A stretch of 63,552 nt of DNA from positions 1-63,552 of the IMG/VR virus record IMGVR_UViG_3300050343_000084. One strand, written 5' to 3'. How positions within the stretch are numbered: the first letter of the stretch is position 1; the number at the start of each line of letters is the position of its first letter. A model generated the notes under the pieces. That model did not search any database. It was given only the letters and a program-made list of their open reading frames with translations, and was not told where the DNA came from. A program made the translations under genes and the position numbers. This DNA comes from a virus (lineage: Duplodnaviria; Caudoviricetes). Of this stretch, positions 29,244 through 36,690 are shown piece by piece.

Positions 29244-29450
29244 ATGCAAAATACAATTAAATTTACCGCAAACAAAAAAATTAAACTCAACGGAGTTACT
29301 TACAAACCTTATACTGTCGGCAATTTGCCTCCTTCATTCGGTTTCAAATACAATGAAGACAAAGACAAAGACGGTATATACCAATGGTTTAACTACAAAG
29401 GTCTAACATACCTTGAAGAAAAGAAAGGATTTTGGGATGCTTTTGCATAG
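29244..29450 (+). CDS. Early hypothetical protein
   Basis: 68-aa ORF after motif copy 6. Confidence 0.65.
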   Translation: MQNTIKFTANKKIKLNGVTYKPYTVGNLPPSFGFKYNEDKDKDGIYQWFNYKGLTYLEEKKGFWDAFA

Positions 29451-29703
29451 GGGCATCCAGTACCACTACAAAGAGTGGACGACTTGGAACGGCAAGCAAG
29501 CTAGCGGTTATGGTTGCGAACACTTTAACTTCGCGCCTTATCACGTTAGCTATCTGCCCGCCCAAACGGAAAACGAAATGAAAGCTCGTATTGACGAATT
29601 GATCGACAATCACGACAAATATGTAGAACAGCGTAGACTGCACGATGCCGGATGTGCAGAGTATTACGCAAGTAAAAAACCCGGCGATTATACAGGAGAT
29701 TAA
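29413..29703 (+). CDS. Early hypothetical protein (true start probably the later MLLHRG)
   Basis: ORF track; packed in the operon. Confidence 0.6.
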   Translation: MKKRKDFGMLLHRGIQYHYKEWTTWNGKQASGYGCEHFNFAPYHVSYLPAQTENEMKARIDELIDNHDKYVEQRRLHDAGCAEYYASKKPGDYTGD

Positions 29704-29706
29704 ATT

Positions 29707-29997
29707 ATGAGTGATACAATAACTAAATGGCACGAAATGCAAGAAGAAAAAATACTTAGCGACCAAGGTGGCAAATATACTGTACCTAAAAAAGGTGACG
29801 AAGCTATACCATACCACCAAAAAGCACAATGGGTATTCATTATGGATTATACTGACGGTAAAGCGTACAGATATGATGTAAGTGACCTAGCTAACGATAG
29901 TGAAGTGATCGAAGCATTCTTACACGGTGCAGGTCATAAGCTTTCCAATTGCGAATGGATGGTAACTAAACATAAAGATTTTGTAAATGGCAACTAA
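29707..29997 (+). CDS. Early hypothetical protein
   Basis: 96 aa. Confidence 0.65.
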   Translation: MSDTITKWHEMQEEKILSDQGGKYTVPKKGDEAIPYHQKAQWVFIMDYTDGKAYRYDVSDLANDSEVIEAFLHGAGHKLSNCEWMVTKHKDFVNGN

Positions 29998-30103
29998 TAA
30001 AGAATTATACGAAGCGTTTATATACAATTTAAACTGCTATGACTCTAAAATAATCGATAAAAACGATTTTATTAACGCAATGGAAGAATATATCTATGAG
30101 TAA
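29987..30103 (+). CDS. Early micro-protein (38 aa)
   Basis: MATNKELYEAFIYNLNCYDSKIIDKNDFINAMEEYIYE fills the gap between neighbours. Confidence 0.5.
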   Translation: MATNKELYEAFIYNLNCYDSKIIDKNDFINAMEEYIYE

Positions 30104-30293
30104 AATGAAAGAACTTGACGAAATCGCACAAGGTGTCGCTGACGTCACAATGGAACTAATGTATGATAGTGTTGAATGGCAACTATCGGATTTTGAACAA
30201 GACGGTGATGACTTTAATGCTATACACAGCCACGTCATGCACGTCGCAATAGCTAAAATGTATGAAGAAACAAAGAAAACAACGAAAGTTTAG
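30096..30293 (+). CDS. Early acidic hypothetical protein
   Basis: 65 aa. Confidence 0.6.
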   Translation: MSKMKELDEIAQGVADVTMELMYDSVEWQLSDFEQDGDDFNAIHSHVMHVAIAKMYEETKKTTKV

Positions 30294-30396
30294 CCACAAA
30301 CCGCTCAAAAGAGTAGAGATTGAGGCGATCGAAAGAGAATACTGGGACAGATATAACTCCGGTATGCCACAGTGGCAAGCGAATATGTACAACTAA
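30262..30396 (+). CDS. Early micro-protein (44 aa)
   Basis: MKKQRKQRKFSHKPLKRVEIEAIEREYWDRYNSGMPQWQANMYN; ends just before motif copy 7. Confidence 0.5.
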   Translation: MKKQRKQRKFSHKPLKRVEIEAIEREYWDRYNSGMPQWQANMYN

Positions 30397-30397
30397 T

Positions 30398-30429
30398 TAC
30401 AAACATAATACGAACCACTTACGATAATA
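30398..30429 (+). promoter_or_regulatory. Class-1 early promoter motif, copy 7
   Basis: TACA AACATAAT ACGA ACCACTTA CGATAATA. Confidence 0.75.
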
Positions 30430-30455
30430 TATATGTAACAACAAAAAACAAAATT

Positions 30456-30644
30456 ATGTATTGCAAATGCGGAGATAAAGTACACCCAGTACGACTAAAT
30501 TTAGGTTATAAAACATGTGTACCATGTTCAACTACCCAAACGTACAGCTATGTACCAATTATCGAACACAAAACAGGTAATACAATACAAATCGTCAGCC
30601 AAGAAGTTAGCGCTTCTGTACACAGAGCTTGGCGGCGTAAATAG
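30456..30644 (+). CDS. C4 zinc-finger protein, DksA/TraR-finger-like (start MYCKC at 30456)
   Basis: CKCGDKVHPVRLNLGYKTCVPCS resembles the TraR/DksA finger pattern (C..CG..I...RL......C..C). Confidence 0.6.
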   Translation: MYCKCGDKVHPVRLNLGYKTCVPCSTTQTYSYVPIIEHKTGNTIQIVSQEVSASVHRAWRRK

Positions 30645-31020
30645 TGTGTTTCCCACTAAGACTCTGACGAAGGGTTGAAACTTGCTAATCGGCAAGCAGC
30701 AGAAAGGATGTTTGACACATTACAGAGAGGTTTAAGGTTGGAAGCCGTATCGAGTAGTAAAGCGAGTGAGAATGCAAGTACAGGCTTTGATGAGTCACAC
30801 GTACTAAAAACACTCAATAGTTATTACCCGGCAGAAAGACGGGATAAAACAGATAAAAGGATATAAGTCAGGGCATACTAGTAAATGACGTGCATTCCTA
30901 ACATTCCAGTCCCGTCCACCTCTCAAATATAACCGGCGCGCATACCGGTGTGCCGCCGTCCCTCGCGGGAAACATGTGCTACACAGCACCAAGCCTTTTA
31001 GGTTGAAAACAAGTGAGGGA
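30645..31020 (+). ncRNA. Candidate large structured non-coding RNA
   Basis: No convincing ORF; many complementary segments (see findings); family not recognised. Confidence 0.45.
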
Positions 31021-31024
31021 ATAT

Positions 31025-31093
31025 GGGCGTGAAATGGATAGGGGTTCTGCTTTGTGCATTACCTAAACGCAGGTTCGATTCCTGCCACGTCCA
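31025..31093 (+). ncRNA. tRNA-like element resembling the tmRNA tRNA-like domain (G3-U70, no D-stem)
   Basis: Acceptor stem GGGCGTG/CACGTCC + A; T-arm GCAGG-TTCGATT-CCTGC; stemless D-loop AAATGGA; irregular central hairpin; no encoded CCA. Confidence 0.7.
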
Positions 31094-31095
31094 CT

Positions 31096-31302
31096 ATGGA
31101 AATAAATAAATATATAAAAACAGAGATGGCGAAGCTCGATCGAGGTATCGTAGCAACGCCTGAAGACAGAGAACAACTAGAGAACTTTGCCGGTGGATGC
31201 GGTCAAGGCTCTTTAATACTAATGCAAATGGCAATTAACTTCGGTTATAAAATAGCGTTAGAAAATTTACAAATTGAATACGAACAAGAATCGATAATAT
31301 AA
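31096..31302 (+). CDS. Hypothetical protein (start MEINKY at 31096)
   Basis: The upstream GTG in the ORF track lies inside the tRNA-like element. Confidence 0.6.
   Translation: MEINKYIKTEMAKLDRGIVATPEDREQLENFAGGCGQGSLILMQMAINFGYKIALENLQIEYEQESII
31268..31299 (+). promoter_or_regulatory. Class-1 early promoter motif, copy 8
   Basis: TACA AATTGAAT ACGA ACAAGAAT CGATAATA, inside the 3' end of the upstream ORF. Confidence 0.75.
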
Positions 31303-31317
31303 TAAATTAAAACAAAT

Positions 31318-31569
31318 ATGAGTAGACTTACCATTTATGAAAGGCTAAAGCCTGAAATCAAAGAGGCATTACATTCCTCTGAAAACGACAAATACAAAGC
31401 TTCTATCGACTCTATAGTCGAGGCTTTTTCAAACACTACATTTTATAGTGACTTAAAAATTAGCGACGTTAGCTCGTTATATACATTTTCTAACCTTGAG
31501 CTTATGAGAGTTTCAGCGTGGGATTTTAAATACGGCGATAACATTTTAATATCTAAAGACTATGAGTAA
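31318..31569 (+). CDS. Hypothetical protein
   Basis: 83 aa after motif copy 8. Confidence 0.65.
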   Translation: MSRLTIYERLKPEIKEALHSSENDKYKASIDSIVEAFSNTTFYSDLKISDVSSLYTFSNLELMRVSAWDFKYGDNILISKDYE

Positions 31570-32023
31570 AATACTAACCGACGAATTGATCGAAACAAGA
31601 CTGCGTAAAATCAACGTGCTTGAAAGAGAAGACTTAGACCATGACTATATGCTTAAAACTATAGCTAATCACTTTGATTTTAAGATAACTAGCGACTGGC
31701 CTAATAGACCTGACATGATGTTTTATACTGAAACAACTGCCGATGGCTATGAAGTATGGATTGCAACCGACAATGATCGCAACCCTAATGTTAATGAAGA
31801 CGTATACTATTACGATAACGACTGGTTAGAAAAAATGCCTGACGCTATGATTGATGGCGCTAGCATATACTACGACCAGCTTGATGATGAAGACTATGCT
31901 TTTCAAGAAGTTGTTGAAGAAGTATACGACGACTATTACAATGATAAGAAAAAAGAAATTGAAAACGAACTAATTGAAGAAGGTTATGAGTACGAAAGAG
32001 AAGACGAAACAATCAGTGCCTAA
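31562..32023 (+). CDS. Highly acidic hypothetical protein (possible DNA mimic)
   Basis: 153 aa, rich in D/E/Y. Confidence 0.65.
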   Translation: MSKILTDELIETRLRKINVLEREDLDHDYMLKTIANHFDFKITSDWPNRPDMMFYTETTADGYEVWIATDNDRNPNVNEDVYYYDNDWLEKMPDAMIDGASIYYDQLDDEDYAFQEVVEEVYDDYYNDKKKEIENELIEEGYEYEREDETISA

Positions 32024-32258
32024 ATGGTTTACTGGTATGATATACGAAAATGGTGAAACAGTAACAAACCCGTTCAGCGGCGAAACATACGATCTAAACG
32101 GTGTTGAGCTATCAATGTACGATTTTATTATGGGTAGCCAGTATGTAATGGAAGTTGCACCTAAAACAGTAACAAGTAAACAAATAAATGAATTTCACAA
32201 AGCACTACGTTGGTTTCAAAAAAACAATATTGAAGCCTATATGGTATTGCTAGACTAA
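31974..32258 (+). CDS. Conserved phage hypothetical protein
   Basis: PKWFTG.IY..G..VTNPFSGE...LSMYD...WF...N.EAYMVLLD. Confidence 0.65.
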   Translation: MKKVMSTKEKTKQSVPKWFTGMIYENGETVTNPFSGETYDLNGVELSMYDFIMGSQYVMEVAPKTVTSKQINEFHKALRWFQKNNIEAYMVLLD

Positions 32259-32268
32259 TACTAAAATT

Positions 32269-32481
32269 ATGCCAAATATGAGTTATTGCCGCTTCGAAAA
32301 CACGGCAAAAGATATGAGAGACTGCATCTACGCGATCGAAGAGCGTGATGTGTATGAATTCAGTAGTTATGAACTATCTGGATTTAAAGATTTGCTAGAA
32401 TATGCGCGGGACATTATAAACATGGAAGACGATATTGAAAAAATAATTGAGTACTATGAATCTCCTGACACAGAACAGTAA
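32269..32481 (+). CDS. Conserved phage hypothetical protein
   Basis: MPNMSYCRFENT N-terminus. Confidence 0.65.
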   Translation: MPNMSYCRFENTAKDMRDCIYAIEERDVYEFSSYELSGFKDLLEYARDIINMEDDIEKIIEYYESPDTEQ

Positions 32482-33061
32482 ACTAAAAAAGACAAGTAAA
32501 GAACTCGGGCTTCGCGTGTTCAACTTCGGTATACCTGCATATAAATCTGCAAGTGGTAAGTTGACATGCCCGATGGCTGACGAATGCGTTAAATTTTGTT
32601 ATGCCAAGAAAGGAGCCTACATCTGGTCTAATGTAAAACCGGCGTTTGAGAAGCGTTATCAGCTAACAAAGACTGACAACTTTGTTGAGGCTATGAACGC
32701 TGAAATACGTAAGAAGAAACCTGATTACGTCAGAGTCCATGATAGCGGAGATTACTACTCACCCGCATATCTAAAAAAGTGGATCGAAGTTGCTATACAC
32801 AACCCAAGCGTACGGTTTTACAGTTATACCAATATGATAGATATGGTGTTAAAGACCTCATTGCCAAGTAATTACGATATAATATTTAGTGATTCAGGCA
32901 AACAAAAGCATATGATAAATGAAAGAAAACATAGACACACAAAAATCTTTTCTACTAATAGCGATCTTGTATCTAACGGTTATGTGGATGCTTCTAGTAT
33001 TGATCTGATGGCAACAAAGTGGTTCAGTAAAAACCACAAAGTGGGATTAGTATTCCATTAA
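32447..33061 (+). CDS. Phage Gp88-like protein (Cys cluster, RxHDSGD motif)
   Basis: TCPMADECVKFCYA...VRVHDSGDYY...FYSYT. Confidence 0.7.
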   Translation: MSTMNLLTQNSKLKKTSKELGLRVFNFGIPAYKSASGKLTCPMADECVKFCYAKKGAYIWSNVKPAFEKRYQLTKTDNFVEAMNAEIRKKKPDYVRVHDSGDYYSPAYLKKWIEVAIHNPSVRFYSYTNMIDMVLKTSLPSNYDIIFSDSGKQKHMINERKHRHTKIFSTNSDLVSNGYVDASSIDLMATKWFSKNHKVGLVFH

Positions 33062-33065
33062 AATT

Positions 33066-33097
33066 TACAAAGTTAACACGAAGTATAATCGATAATA
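33066..33097 (+). promoter_or_regulatory. Class-1 early promoter motif, copy 9
   Basis: TACA AAGTTAAC ACGA AGTATAAT CGATAATA; heads the unit leading to the ligase, HTH and sigma genes. Confidence 0.75.
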
Positions 33098-33108
33098 AAT
33101 TAAAAACA

Positions 33109-33333
33109 ATGAGTAATATAATTGAAAAAGTCCTAGTAGACTCTGAGTGCATACACGATGCACAGTACAATAACGTAACCAAAAGACTAAGGTTATTTTA
33201 TAAAAACGGCGGTGTGTACAACTATGAGCGTGTACCATCTTTTTACTGGCACGGTTTATTTAATTCCCAATCTAAAGGTAAATTTATTAACAGCCACATC
33301 ATTGGCCAGTGGGAATATAATAAAGTAGGTTAA
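33109..33333 (+). CDS. KTSC-domain protein
   Basis: VDSECIHDAQYN...L.L.YKNGGVYNYERVP...LFNSQSKGKFINSHI. Confidence 0.8.
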   Translation: MSNIIEKVLVDSECIHDAQYNNVTKRLRLFYKNGGVYNYERVPSFYWHGLFNSQSKGKFINSHIIGQWEYNKVG

Positions 33334-33617
33334 TGACTGAAGATGAAATTGAACAGTTAGCGGTAAGAGTTGCTGACCTCGTTATGATCGGCTTAATTGA
33401 AAAGCAGAAAGAATGGGATCAGCAGTTCACCACTGACGTAAACCAAATGTTTGGCAATGGTTATATGGCAGCGCCAGACGATGAGCAACTACTATTAGCT
33501 GAATTAGCTAGACTAATGACGTTATTAACGGCTTATGAAGAAAACGAGCAGTATGAAAAAGCTGCAATAGTAAATAATAAAATACAAAAAATACAAAATA
33601 AATTAAGTAAATTATGA
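33333..33617 (+). CDS. Protein with C-terminal UvrB/UvrC-like (UVR) motif
   Basis: AYEENEQYEKAAIVNNKIQKI. Confidence 0.55.
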   Translation: MTEDEIEQLAVRVADLVMIGLIEKQKEWDQQFTTDVNQMFGNGYMAAPDDEQLLLAELARLMTLLTAYEENEQYEKAAIVNNKIQKIQNKLSKL

Positions 33618-34456
33618 TAAAACCAATGCTCGCATACAAAGTAGGCAAGAAAGAAGTCGACTGGTCCGAGAAAGTATTTATGCAACCTAAGCTTGACGGC
33701 GTACGCTGTGTAATATCTAAAGACGGCGCTTATTCGCGCACCGGTAAAGAGTGGCTTAATATCCATCACATTACCGCAAACCTCGAACCGTTCTTCGAAA
33801 CGTATCCTGATGTGGTACTCGATGGCGAATTGTACAACCACGAACTAAAAGATGACTTCGAAAAAATTATCTCACTTGTTCGTAAAACAAAGCCAACAGA
33901 AGGTGATCGAGTTGAGTCCGCTGGATATGTACAGTTTCATTGCTACGACTATATCCCGGGTCCTGCACTTCGCCGTGCTAAATTTTCTAGCCGAATTACA
34001 TGGCTTAAAAATGAACTGCCGGAAAGCTATTGTGTTAAATTTACTAACACATACCTAGTTGATAAATATGAAGAGGCTTTAAACATGCACAACGATGCTT
34101 TCTTAGCTAATGGCTACGAAGGTTCTATACTGCGTCTTGACAAACCGTACGAATGTAAACGTTCTTACAACCTTCAAAAGTTTAAAGACTTTCACGACAC
34201 CGAAGCTACTATTGTTGGCTACGAGGCGGGCAAAGGTAAATTTACTGGTCTAATCGGTAAGTTTCTTATGCAAGATGACGATGGCGTTGAGTTTGGCTGC
34301 CCTATCGGCAAAGGCTACAACTTTGATGATCGTCGCTACATTCTAAACAATGTGCATGACTATATCGGCAAGCGTGCTACGTTTACATACTTTGAACGTA
34401 CAAAAGCTGGTAGCTATCGTCATCCTCTGTATAAAACACTACGTAACTATGAGTAA
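33614..34456 (+). CDS. lig: ATP-dependent DNA ligase (minimal viral type)
   Basis: KPMLA, QPKLDGVR (motif I), LDGELY, GYEGSILR, LQKFK and RHP motifs. Confidence 0.93.
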   Translation: MIKPMLAYKVGKKEVDWSEKVFMQPKLDGVRCVISKDGAYSRTGKEWLNIHHITANLEPFFETYPDVVLDGELYNHELKDDFEKIISLVRKTKPTEGDRVESAGYVQFHCYDYIPGPALRRAKFSSRITWLKNELPESYCVKFTNTYLVDKYEEALNMHNDAFLANGYEGSILRLDKPYECKRSYNLQKFKDFHDTEATIVGYEAGKGKFTGLIGKFLMQDDDGVEFGCPIGKGYNFDDRRYILNNVHDYIGKRATFTYFERTKAGSYRHPLYKTLRNYE

Positions 34457-34555
34457 ACTAATATGGCAACTATACAACGAAAATATGATAAGCGAAGAAG
34501 TCGCTCACCTATTATTAGACAAACATTATAATAGAGTTAACAACAAAAGGTTTTA

Positions 34556-35059
34556 ATGAATATATTTTATTTACACCCAGACCCAGCTAAAGCGGCTAGT
34601 TTCTTTTACGACAAGCATAAGGTTAAAATGATTCTGGAGTCGGCGCAAATGTTATGTACTGCACATCATGTATATAACAACGGTGACAATGTGCCATACA
34701 AAAAAGCACACCTTAATCATCCAAGTACTATATGGGTACGTGATAGTATACACCACTACAATTGGTTGTACGATCACATGCTTGCATTAGGTAAAGAGTA
34801 TACAGCTAGATACAATAAGCATCACCTTAGTATTGCTAAGTGTCGTGAAGCTTTAATGTACCCGCCTTCAGGTATGCCCGATAATGGATTTATCCAACCG
34901 CCTCAATGTATGCCTGACGAATACAAAGAGCTTAGTAGCTTAGCTGCGTATTGGAATTATTATGAACAAGAAAAACACACAGTAAAAAATAAAAATGAGC
35001 AAAAAATTATACGACCACATTATATCAACGAATTATGCGAACATTACGAAGAAAGTTAA
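34556..35059 (+). CDS. Pyrimidine-dimer DNA glycosylase (DenV-related) family protein
   Basis: MNIFYLH...DKHKVKMILESAQMLCTAH...HLNHPSTIW...PQCMPDEYK. Confidence 0.75.
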   Translation: MNIFYLHPDPAKAASFFYDKHKVKMILESAQMLCTAHHVYNNGDNVPYKKAHLNHPSTIWVRDSIHHYNWLYDHMLALGKEYTARYNKHHLSIAKCREALMYPPSGMPDNGFIQPPQCMPDEYKELSSLAAYWNYYEQEKHTVKNKNEQKIIRPHYINELCEHYEES

Positions 35060-35229
35060 AACATTTCAAAAGAAAAAGAAAACATCTAAGGTATCTTCAA
35101 AATAGTATATGGACATTAAAGTATGAAATACTTAATGATGCCCTTATATTAGAAATTAATGAAACCAAAATAAATTTGTTTCACAAATACCAGAAAAGAT
35201 ACAAGCTAATCACATTTATGCGACGATAG
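35035..35229 (+). CDS. Basic hypothetical protein
   Basis: 64 aa. Confidence 0.45.
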   Translation: MRTLRRKLKHFKRKRKHLRYLQNSIWTLKYEILNDALILEINETKINLFHKYQKRYKLITFMRR

Positions 35230-35265
35230 CTAATATATAATAAATAGTAAGAAGCTAATGTCATA
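35219..35265. repeat. Spaced inverted-repeat site, copy 3 (TGCGAC-N35-GTCATA), overlapping the start codon of the HTH gene
   Basis: TGCGACGATAGC...GCTAATGTCATA; ATG at 35258 lies in the right arm. Confidence 0.65.
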
Positions 35266-35878
35266 CTACGACCGAAATACCAAATATCTAGAGCAGCATC
35301 GTATTATATACCGGCAAAATCCAACAACAGACGAACCAACGGAATCGTTTGACTGGGGCTGGTATTACGAGAGTGGCACACATCAATGCTATACACTCTT
35401 TAATTCGCGGGCTAAAATAAACACATATAAGAGCCTTAAATGGCATCTGTATGTATTATGGTATCTTAATCCTCAAATGGATCAAGAAGCATTCGCGGGG
35501 CTTGTTAAATACGTTTGTAATAAGCGCACAGGGTTTATAACATTCAATGTTTCGGATCAACTCAGGGAAAGCATGATATATGATGTTTCGTTAATGGAAT
35601 TAGATACACCGCCACCTAATAAATTACGTAAAGTTATATTCAAAGACTTCACGGGTTTAGACATGCGACAAAAGCTATCTATAGTAGGTAAGCTAGTCGG
35701 TAGATCTAAAATATCTGAAAGCGAAATATACGATGCGATGTTACTTATAAATGATAGTCAAATTAAAATAACGGTTGCAAGGCTTGCTGATGCACTTAAA
35801 TGTTCAACAAGAACTATATATCGCAATATGAGTAACGAACTTAAAAAAGAAAAAGAATTACTTAATCAACAACTATGA
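35258..35878 (+). CDS. DNA-binding protein with C-terminal HTH (regulator or replication initiator)
   Basis: KITVARLADALKCSTRTIYRNM helix-turn-helix. Confidence 0.7.
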   Translation: MSYYDRNTKYLEQHRIIYRQNPTTDEPTESFDWGWYYESGTHQCYTLFNSRAKINTYKSLKWHLYVLWYLNPQMDQEAFAGLVKYVCNKRTGFITFNVSDQLRESMIYDVSLMELDTPPPNKLRKVIFKDFTGLDMRQKLSIVGKLVGRSKISESEIYDAMLLINDSQIKITVARLADALKCSTRTIYRNMSNELKKEKELLNQQL

Positions 35879-36627
35879 AAAAGTACAATGTACAAAACTA
35901 TATAAGGTATAAGGAAGATCTTAAACGTTCTATGCCCGAAGATAAGTTTTATGATTACTACACAAGAGATGAGTTAATTGTAAAATTTTTACCGCTTGTT
36001 GAGAATTTAGCGCGCAAGTTCGCTACATCAGAACAAGCATCCGGAGTACTAAGTATTAACGATTTAATACAAGAAGGTAGCAAAGGTTTAACTCTTGCGG
36101 TAGATAAGTTAGAATGGGATAAGCTTATTGACTCTGAAGATATTGAAAAAACTTTAAAAAGTTTCTTTAGTAAAAGAATTAAAGGAGCTATAAGACGTGC
36201 AATTGATATTAACCGCGGCGACATACGTATACCAGAACATAAGCTAACTGAAATACGTAAGAATCCTAAAGATGAAAAAATTGTTACAATGTTTTTTAAT
36301 TCTATATTTTCCAGTATAGACGCTAATTATAATACAGATGAAGAAAATCCATTGTTTCAAATACCAGATGAATCTGAACCATATAATATTAATTTACTTA
36401 ATGCTTATTTGTTAAGTTTAATGAAACAACACTTAACAGGTATTGAATATGAAGTATTGAGATTATCATATGGTTTGGATTGCGATAAGCACTCTGCTAA
36501 TTATATAGCGGGTAAATTAAACATAAATGTAAACACTGCAAACGTACGTGTTTCACAGATAAAAAGAGAAGCTATAAATAAACTTATCGCTAACACTGAC
36601 GCAAACCAAGTGATTGATTATCTGTAA
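35875..36627 (+). CDS. Phage sigma70-family RNA polymerase sigma factor
   Basis: Region 2 (ELIVKFLPLVENLARKF...DLIQEGSKGL...RIKGAIRRAI...IRIP) and region 4 (EVLRLSYGL...IAGKL...RVSQIKREAINKL). Confidence 0.9.
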   Translation: MKKYNVQNYIRYKEDLKRSMPEDKFYDYYTRDELIVKFLPLVENLARKFATSEQASGVLSINDLIQEGSKGLTLAVDKLEWDKLIDSEDIEKTLKSFFSKRIKGAIRRAIDINRGDIRIPEHKLTEIRKNPKDEKIVTMFFNSIFSSIDANYNTDEENPLFQIPDESEPYNINLLNAYLLSLMKQHLTGIEYEVLRLSYGLDCDKHSANYIAGKLNINVNTANVRVSQIKREAINKLIANTDANQVIDYL

Positions 36628-36636
36628 GTTATGAAC

Positions 36637-36665
36637 TTAAATGCAATTAAAAATGTGTAATTATA
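36637..36665 (+). promoter_or_regulatory. Class-2 promoter candidate TTAA-N16-GTAATTATA heading the replication operon
   Basis: TTAA ATGCAATTAAAAATGT GTAATTATA, immediately after the sigma gene. Confidence 0.6.
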
Positions 36666-36690
36666 TTAATATACCAAATAAGAAAACCCT

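Noticed and set aside
30664-30700. Hammerhead ribozyme core (CTGACGA...GAAAC)
   Set aside because: Stem II is barely formable, the position after stem III is C rather than the required U of NUH, and no clear stem I is present.
30675-30992. ORFs 30675-30866 (+) and 30804-30992 (-)
   Set aside because: Non-ATG starts, no typical leader, and they overlap a heavily base-paired region.
31025-31093. Canonical tRNA with an assignable anticodon
   Set aside because: No D-stem and no 5-bp stem with 7-nt anticodon loop; kept only as a tRNA-like element.
26701-33097. Repeated 32-nt motif as a CRISPR array
   Set aside because: Copies are dispersed 190-1800 bp apart, internally degenerate, and separated by genes; no cas genes seen.
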